Assembly (NCBI RefSeq): GCF_009914755.1 | Contig: NC_060933.1 | Origin: the human T2T-CHM13v2.0 reference genome, Homo sapiens | Length of the DNA: 64,000 nt | Reading direction: 5' to 3' (one strand) | In this document: positions 57,656 to 64,000 of the stretch, one piece after another | Position numbering within the stretch: position 1 is the first letter of the stretch | Layout: every line of letters begins with the position of its first letter | Made by a program: the position numbers and the translations under genes | The notes under the pieces: model-generated | The model's database searches: none | Told to the model about the DNA's origin: nothing | Seen by the model: the letters and a program-made list of their open reading frames with translations, nothing else

Positions 57656-58118
57656 TGTCAGAAGACAATTTTCCATGAACCTGTCATGTCTCTGAATGTC
57701 CTCAGTGTGGTTTCCTTCTGGGCTATCTTTTCATAGATGTCTGGATAGCTAACAACCTTGGAAGATAGTGTCTCCTTCTGGAGCAGAGGGCAGGTTTTCA
57801 TACTGCCAAGTATAATAAACAGAACGTCTCTATCAGGAGCAAAGGGCAAGCAGGTTTGTTTATTGCATATTATAAAAAATTCAGGTTCCCTAAGCTCAGC
57901 TTTTCTCAACTGTGACATAAAAGCATAGTGTGTGCAGCATCTACCTAGAACCCTCCACATCTCCCTGCCTAGACAAAGGAAACCCATGCTTGCTGTGCAA
58001 TGAGTAATAAAGTTTTTTGTCTCTGACCCAGGACTCTCATGTCTTCTGCTAGCATGTCAAGAACTGTGAAGAGTCTGAAATTTTACTCTACTTGCAAGGT
58101 AACATAAACCCACCAAAG
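57656..58118 (+). mobile_element. LTR40-like ERVL LTR
   Basis: agacaattttccatg, ccttggaagatagtgtctcc, ggttccctaagctc, gagtaataaag..tttgtctctgacccagga. Confidence 0.75.
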
Positions 58119-58397
58119 ACTTTGATAAATTTTATAAATCTTGTTTTTAAAAACTTGAACTCTACTTTACCTGAGTTAAAGAACATATTTGCCAAACCTT
58201 AAGCAATGAATAGCACTGGCACTTGGGCAACTGGTTTAAGAACCACAGAATATTTTTCCTCTCCCAGTACTATTTGTTCTGGCTTTCCTGAAGTTCACTT
58301 GGCTATAGCCTTAGTTATGCATATATTTTTTTTGATGCCAGTGAACCATAATCCTTCTTTCCCTCCCTACCCCCTCCTTCCTTCCCTTCATTCCTAC

Positions 58398-58706
58398 TTC
58401 TTTTTTTTCTTTCTTTCTGTTTTTGAGACAGAGCCTCACTCTGTTGTCCAGGCTGGAGTGCAGTGGCACAATCTCAGCTCACTATAATCTCTGCCTCCCA
58501 GGTTCAAGTGATTCTCATACCTCAGCCTCCTAAATAGCTGGGATTACAGTTGTGTGTCACCACGTCCGGCTTATTTTTGTATTTGTAGTAGAGATGGGGC
58601 TTTGCCATGTTAGCCAGGTTGGTCTCAAACACCAGACCTCAAGTGACCCACCTGCCTTGGCCTCCCAATGTGCTGGGATTACAGGCATGAGCCACTGCGC
58701 CTGGCT
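58398..58706 (-). mobile_element. AluS
   Basis: Full dimer; flanking CTTCATTCC(T) repeat. Confidence 0.93.
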
Positions 58707-58872
58707 TCTTCATTCCTTCTTTTCTTCCCTCCCTCCTTTCCTTCATTCCCTTCCTCCTTCTCCTTTTAAAACACTCTCTGTAGTCCATATTACTTTTTCT
58801 TTGATCTAAATTCATATAGTATTATACTCTGTTGTTGGTGGAGAAAAATAAATCATTGAGTTAGGAATGTAA

Positions 58873-58883
58873 GCGCGCGCGCG

Positions 58884-58927
<44 letters not shown>
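58873..58927. repeat. (GC)10(AC)17 compound microsatellite
   Basis: Direct reading. Confidence 0.97.
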
Positions 58928-58928
<1 letters not shown>

Positions 58929-60409
58929 CTCTTCCAAGCTAAGTTCTCTCTCTCATAATGAACTTTTAATTTATTTTTAAGCAGAGCATATTGTCTTGGA
59001 GAAAGGAAAAGAAAAAACTAATTTGTACTCATTTTTTTCCTTTTTTATCTGTTACCATTTATATTCTAGTAATTTCCTCAATAAATTTTGCATCTTCTGC
59101 AGATTTGGAGGGCACATGTTTCTTCTCAGAGGTTTCTATTAGAAGCAAGATGTTTTTAATCTTCAGAAAACTTTAATGCTTTGGCATAAACAGAGCAGTC
59201 TTAAAACACAACTTCAGTGTTTTCTCCCAATAGTTGTGTTTTATCAGACATACAGTGTTTTTCTGGGGATAATGCAATATCCTGAAGAAAGAATTCAGAT
59301 TTAGTTGAGTTTAGTTTTGTTTCATTTTGTTCAATTCATACTTTGCGGGGCGGACAACTAATGAGTAAAGTAAGAATAATCTGTGATACAATTCTCATTA
59401 CATGTTGTGATACATTTGAGTCATCATATTTGATGACCTGTTGTCAGATGTCATATGTATGTCACTGGAATCAGAGGGCCCTATGAATGTCTTTCCATAA
59501 AGTTCTGTTGTTTTCATTCAGTCCTGTTTGATACAATTTCACTGATATTACTAATTTCTTCATCTCACTCTTTCTCATAATCAGGTAATCAATTGGTCAA
59601 CATAGCCAGCCAAAGCATCACAAAAAAATGCACACTAGAATAAATCTAATCCATTATGCCATAAACAGGGTTTCTGCATATTTGGTTGGACATGGGCTTT
59701 GAAGTAGGAGAAAACTGAATTCAAAATCTGGCACCCTCCCTTACCCTTTGATTTTGGACAAGTGTATTCCATCTATATGAGCCTTAATTTCTCTATTAAA
59801 CATCCACCTTGCAAAGTTTGAATCAAAGATTCAAATAGAACAATGTACGAAAAGCACTTAGCCCAACTCCTGATGCAACTAGGTATTTAATCAATTTTGA
59901 CTATTTTAGTCATTGTTTAGTGGGGCAAAAAGTACAAAAAGATAGCAAATGACCCTTCAAATTATTAATTGCTTTTTGCTTTCAAGAGACTTTGAGAGTC
60001 TAATTTTTACCTTTTCAAGCTATTTAATCTGTTATCAAGAAGACATTGACAAGAGACAAACTGAAAGTTTATTTTCAGCTTTCTTCCTGAGGCCACCCTA
60101 TTAACAGGGGCTACAGCTGAATGCTTCTTGCTCATGAGGACTCTGACTACTGGGGTTACCACAAATCTGGGGATCCAGTGAAAGATAGTGGTGGGGTTTT
60201 CATTCATCAGCACTGAATTGGCTCTAGTTTCTTCCTGGTCTTTCTCTTGCTTATGTCTCTCGGGCTACCCAACCAAGGTCACATTCAGAGTATCATTGCT
60301 GCCCCAAAAGACTTTCACTGGAGATGTTGCCAATGACATGCTCTTCCCTAAGGCAAAGATTCTTCGATTTTTGATCAACAGTCTTCATTTGGTTCATTTG
60401 TATAAATTA

Positions 60410-60488
60410 TTAGCTGGTGGATAAGTAATTGCAGTCTTCGCCATTACTTTTAATGGCGAAGACCACAATTATGTTTGCACCAACCTAT
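60410..60488. mobile_element. MADE1 (Hsmar1-derived MITE)
   Basis: About 80-bp palindrome ttagctggtgg..aagtaattgc...caattatgtttgcaccaaccta; TA at 60408-60409. Confidence 0.92.
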
Positions 60489-60632
60489 TTTTTCTGTTTG
60501 ATTTTCATCTTTTAAAATTATTTGCTTTTTAATGTTCAAAATCCAAGTATCTGAGAACTATGTACATATTCATACATTTCACCATATCAAAGTATTTATA
60601 ACAAATAAGGTTTTATGTGATCTATAATTTAA

Positions 60633-60941
<309 letters not shown>

Positions 60942-61238
60942 AACTGAATGTTTTAAATTATGCTGTATCTCTTAAAACACTTAAAAATAAAATCTTATGA
61001 ATCACCGATTTATTAATACAAGGCAACTAACAACAAAGAGCCTAGAGAGACTTTAGGTCTCTTTCTTAAAGAAGTTCATAATTTAATAACCTCTCTGGGC
61101 TTCATTTTCTTTATCTTTAAAGTAAGGACACTGAACTTGACTTTCTCCAAGATTCCCCAAGGGAGGTTCCAAGGCTTTCTAATACAGTCATGTTATATGT
61201 TATATAACCAAGCACTCAGAGCAGTTCCTGGCCATTTG

Positions 61239-61792
61239 TGAGGAAGGAGAATAGGATCTGGAGGCAGGGAACCTATGACTGATTTGCACTAACTTCCTAG
61301 AACGAATCGAAAGGAAAACCCCACCTCTCCACACCAAAGTAACAAAAGGATCAGAGGCTACTCTTTTTGCACTTCATCGTAGAGGAAAAATGAAAAGTAC
61401 CTCTGATTGTTTCCTTCCCACAACCAATCAGACTGGTGGCAGGCCTAGTCTTCATTTGCATGTAACTTTGTAACTTTACTTCATCCTCTGATTGGTCCCC
61501 TCCCACAACCAATCAGACTGGTCACAGGCTACATCTTCATTTACAGAGAGTGTAACCAAGTAACCAATGGGAAACCTCTAGAGGGTGTTTAAACCCCAGA
61601 AAATTCTGTAACCAGCACTCTTGAGCTGCTTGCTCGAGCCTACTCCCACTCTGTGGAGTGTACTTTTGTTTCAATAAATCTATGCTTTTATTGCTTCATC
61701 CTTTCGTTGTTTTGTTTGTGTGTTTTGTCCAATTCTTTGTTCAAAACACCAGGAATGTGGAAGTCTCATAGTCGGACCTTCCACCAGTAACA
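61239..61792 (+). mobile_element. MER51 ERV1 solo LTR
   Basis: tgagg.aggagaatagg.tctggaggcagggaacct start; duplicated ctctgattg...aaccaatcagactgg blocks; caataaa; ends gtaaca. Confidence 0.88.
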
Positions 61793-62099
61793 ATAGGAAC
61801 ATAGGAAGTTTTCAATAAATATTTGTTGAATGTCAAATGATTAAATAATAGAGATAACTTTAATATAGAAAGCACATCTAAGAATTAACTTGGCTTAATT
61901 ATCAAAGTAAGTAACTGTTAAATGCCTTTATTACTTTATTACAGATTATTAAAATTAATATTTTTCTGTTAAAATATTTTAAATATAATAATTTATTGAC
62001 CAAATAAACATTCTATTCCTTACAGAAAATATAAATCTATTAAAAATCAATGAAGAATTTTTGGGAAAACTATAAAACTAAAATTTAGATTTCCTATTA

Positions 62100-63780
62100 A
62101 ATATGGCAAAAATTTATTTCAACTTTCTTCCAAAACACAAGTAAGATGAGAGACAATAGACTTGTGAAAAGACAAATAATCTATAAGGATGAAGAGAACA
62201 AGAGAGGAGAGGACAACATATGAAAGATTTCAACACAATTGTGCAGGCTCAAAGACAGAAAGATGACTAAAGCAACATAAAAATCAAGCACTCTGTAAAG
62301 GGAGTCTTGGAGAAGAAGAGGAAAGCCAAGAAATAAGTTTATTTGTGCCATAGACATGTAAGAAACTCAGGGATTAGAGGCACCAGGTATCCCTGAAGAA
62401 CTAGGCATGCAGGTGGGACTGTAAATAATTACATTAAAATTTAATTACTAGGTACTTAGATATCTAAATCTAGGGCTGGCTTCATGGGCCTGCAACTTGT
62501 GTACTTGCACAGGGTCCCATGCTTAGGAGCACCCCATGCACTTTAATGATCTGCTATTGCCATCTTGAAACTCTTAAAAAATGTTGAACAAGTGGCTTGA
62601 TAATTTCATATTTCACTAGGACCTGCAATTTATATAGGCAGTTCATCCTAAATCTTCTCCCTTTACCCACATAGGCAGGCATCTATCCCTTTACCCACAT
62701 AAGAAGGCATCTATCCCTCCCCAACTCCAGAAGAGGACTGAAAGGTCAGAGGTATATTCTCTGGGAAGGATGAATCAAAAGGAGCATAGTGATGAGGACA
62801 TCAGGTACAGCTGGAAACAGGAGACCTAATGAATGTCACCTAGAGAATAGTGATATTACCAGCTCCTTTCCTCCACTGGAACAGAGAATATTTGCAGCCA
62901 AGCTTATACCACTGGCCAGAAGAACGACCAAATTCTTCTCAGAGGAAATTGACCAGCCTGAAAGAATACTCAAGAATCTTTCAATTAAACAATCAGTTCC
63001 TGTTGGATCACCTGACAAGTCCGATTAAGGATCCAGTTTCCACCCTTAGTGCCTCAAATATGAATGGGAGAGCTAAAGATCATCAGATATTTGAGGAAAA
63101 CCTCAACCAGAAACATAAGGACTAAAACAAAGAGTAAGAGGAAACTATGAGGAATCAGTACATTAGTGGTAGAAAATATCATTATATTATAAAATATCAT
63201 TACTATCTTTAGAGAGATTAAGAGAAGCTATTATAATAATAATAAGCCTAATTCTTTTAAAAATAAGAACATTGAGAAAATTTCAAAAGAACTATTGAAA
63301 TTAAACATAAATAGGATAAATAAAAAAATTAAGACCTATGAAAGATTAGGTGATTTCTGGGCTTTTATCACAACAAGAAAATTAAACAAAATAAAACCAA
63401 CAAAAGAGAAAGTAAATGAGAAATAAGATATAAGTAAATTGAAGGATCTGTGCAAAAGGTTCAAAATCTAAATAATAGAATTTCCAGAAGGAAAAAAAAA
63501 AACAAAGAAAAAAAGCAGAAATAAATGATCAAATAAAAAAAAAATCCACACTCAAAAATTCTAGAACAAAATGCCAGAGGTTCTGCAATTGAAAGTGAAC
63601 ATTCATTCAGTACATTATTATAAAGTTTCAGAATAACATGGCTCAAGAGGAGTTGACAAATATGTCCAAAGAGGAGAAACATATTAATAAAACATATCAC
63701 AAAAGATTAGGAATCAATATGGCACTGGATTTCTCAAAAGCAAAGTTGAAAGATAGAAGATGATTATTAAATCCCTTTGA
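62100..63780 (+). mobile_element. Ancient L1M 5'/ORF1-region remnant
   Basis: A-rich strand bias; ORF1-like remnants (ttccagaaggaaaa, aattgaaagtg, ttaggaatcaa..tggcactggatttctca). Confidence 0.55.
62471..62646. mobile_element. MER91-like hAT-Tip100 MITE
   Basis: agggctggcttcatggg...gcacagggtccc; 8-bp TSD (T/C)CTAAATC at 62463-62470 and 62647-62654. Confidence 0.75.
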
Positions 63781-63784
63781 AGAA

Positions 63785-64000
63785 CACAAAACCAAACACT
63801 GCATATTCTCACTCATAAGTGGAGGTTGAAAAATGAGAACACATGGACAAAGGGAGAGGAACAACACACACCGGGGCCAGTGAGTGGGTGTGGGGTGAGG
63901 GGAGGGAGAACATTAGGACAAACAGCTAATGCATGTGGGGCTTAAAACCTAGATGATGGGTTGATAGGCGCAGCAAACCACCATGACACACATATACCTA
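63785..64000 (+). mobile_element. 5'-truncated L1PA (PA8-like) 3' end, runs off window
   Basis: ttctcactcataagtgg...aatgagaacacatggac...gggcttaaaacctagatgatgggttgatagg. Confidence 0.9.

Overview
Primate (human or great-ape-like) genomic DNA, AT-rich and repeat-dense, with no intact host protein-coding gene. Repeats include a full-length L1PA2/L1PA3-type element (9637-15650, minus strand, 17-bp TSD), 11 Alus, MaLR/ERVL/ERV1 solo LTRs, hAT and Mariner MITEs, MIR/L2/old L1 fragments and microsatellites. Manual spliced translation of the unique DNA suggests three decayed intron-containing genes, with GT-AG exons, largely phase-compatible junctions, and scattered stops and frameshifts. Gene A: minus strand, about 610 codons, 15878-25690, family unknown. 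Gene B: plus strand, 26866 to about 31276, with two PLAT/LH2-like repeats. A and B lie head-to-head on one small CpG island at about 26.0 kb carrying E2F, CHR, CCAAT, MYB and ETS motifs. Gene C: minus strand, about 46988-60508, with tandem doublecortin (DCX)-like repeats; two of its exons are interrupted by an Alu and a MADE1. A homeodomain-motif-rich enhancer-like block lies at 41.2-41.8 kb. Domain and repeat-subfamily calls come from pattern recognition and recalled consensus sequences, and need HMM/alignment confirmation. I could not assign a chromosomal locus.
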